Shown here: positions 62,798 to 64,000 of the stretch, piece after piece
Layout: every line of letters begins with the position of its first letter
Position numbering within the stretch: the stretch's first letter is position 1
NCBI RefSeq assembly: GCF_018977255.1
Contig: NW_024704743.1
Span: 17,610,001-17,674,000 of the forward strand
Direction: 5' to 3'
Source: Callorhinchus milii
Taxonomy: Eukaryota
Length of the DNA stretch: 64,000 nt
Made by a program: the position numbers and the translations under genes
The notes under the pieces: model-generated
Told to the model about the DNA's origin: nothing
Database searches by the model: none
Seen by the model: the letters and a program-made list of their open reading frames with translations, nothing else

Positions 62798-64000
62798 CAT
62801 CTCTGCGCCTCTCCAACCTGCTCACACCTCACTGGCAACGTTCAGCATTCTGAGACCTGCGTGAAGGGCACTATGTAAATACAAGTTGTTTAAAATCCTC
62901 AAATTATATCTATTTGTAGACATCACCTGCTAATTTAATGAGTTTATCAATGGAATCCAGTATTAGGCACAACCTATTGCCATATATGCTAACTGCTTTC
63001 TACGACCTCTATGTCCCTTAGATGAATATTTGCAATATCCTGTAAATTGCTCTCCTGTAGAATCCTATGATCACTGAAGTACCTAAGTTACTAAGGGCAC
63101 TCTAATTTGGTGTTATTATGTACTCTCAATAAGGAACAATATTTCCTATTATAACATGATAACAATTAGCCTCATTCATTATTCTTATCAAATTTCACCA
63201 GCTCTAAATTTATACATCCTTATAACCTTAGCAGTTTTGCCTGGCTTCTGAATTAAAATTCAATTTGAGACTTCTCAAAAATTCTACACGACCGTAAAGC
63301 TTAAGATGATGCTCTTAAGGCTAAGGCGATGAAAGCCTCACAACTTCGTATAGAGACCCAAGAAAGCTGAGGCCAATAAATGTAGGGATAGACAAGTGGG
63401 AGGATTTCTGCTCTGGTAATCTAACAATGCCAGAATGGTTCAATTCATGCTTACATGAATATGTGAAGAACATTCCTTGTGTGGGCTATTCACAGATTAC
63501 GTAAGAAGTCAAACGTTTCAAGTGTTTGAAGAAAGGCAAAAAGCCAGCAGAATTGCGTGCCATTTTTGTTATTGTGGTGTTGCAATGGCATTTGTACCAT
63601 TCCTTTGTATGTTTGTAAAGAAATAAAGAAGCACTTTTGTGAAGATGATAACCTTTAAAATGTAAGGACAATTTTAGTTCCTATAATGTCGGCAGATCAA
63701 CGTATGAGACCAGTGACTTTTATCCCACTGGGTGTGTAATGTGCATATTTAGCACTAAAATCTCTTAAAGCAAGTACATTACAAACAGACCTTCAAGTGA
63801 TGGCCGACATTAAACAGCTGAATAAACGAAAGAGCAAAACCGCACAATTAAGCTGTTCTGTTCTGCTATTAGGCAGCAGTCAGCAGCCCCTCACAGATCT
63901 TTTCAACACTTCAGCAGATAGAAAGGCACATCACTCCATTCTTCATGACTGCAGAATTCCGAAGGTGCACATATATAACCTTTAAGGATTTGACTGGTTG

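Noticed and set aside
1..64000. CRISPR arrays, operons or other prokaryotic systems
   Set aside because: The sequence is repeat-rich vertebrate intron with no regularly spaced repeat-spacer units and no dense coding regions.

Overview
Vertebrate genomic DNA that is mostly intron. The repeat content (tRNA-derived Deu-domain and other SINEs with L2-type tails, L2 and CR1 LINE relics, a Penelope-type fragment) points to a cartilaginous fish, possibly a holocephalan; this is inference. The only host coding sequence I can support is three short + strand exons (41261-41327, 54168-54250, 62211-62280), all missing from the ORF track. They splice in frame to a prodomain segment of ADAM22 (ADAM11/22/23 subfamily). 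I did not find the preceding exon, so the first 41 kb is probably one long intron. The listed ORFs are decayed LINE fragments, SINE read-throughs or chance ORFs. The most interesting signals are: (1) an unclassified ~570-620 bp hairpin-rich, A-tailed retroposon in six copies, one with a perfect 10-bp target-site duplication; (2) a minimal type I hammerhead ribozyme motif in a Penelope-like fragment; (3) a SINE subfamily whose 3' stem-loop matches that of a co-resident L2 family; (4) several fold-back structures. All repeat boundaries were read by eye and are approximate. Family names come from recall, not from database searches.
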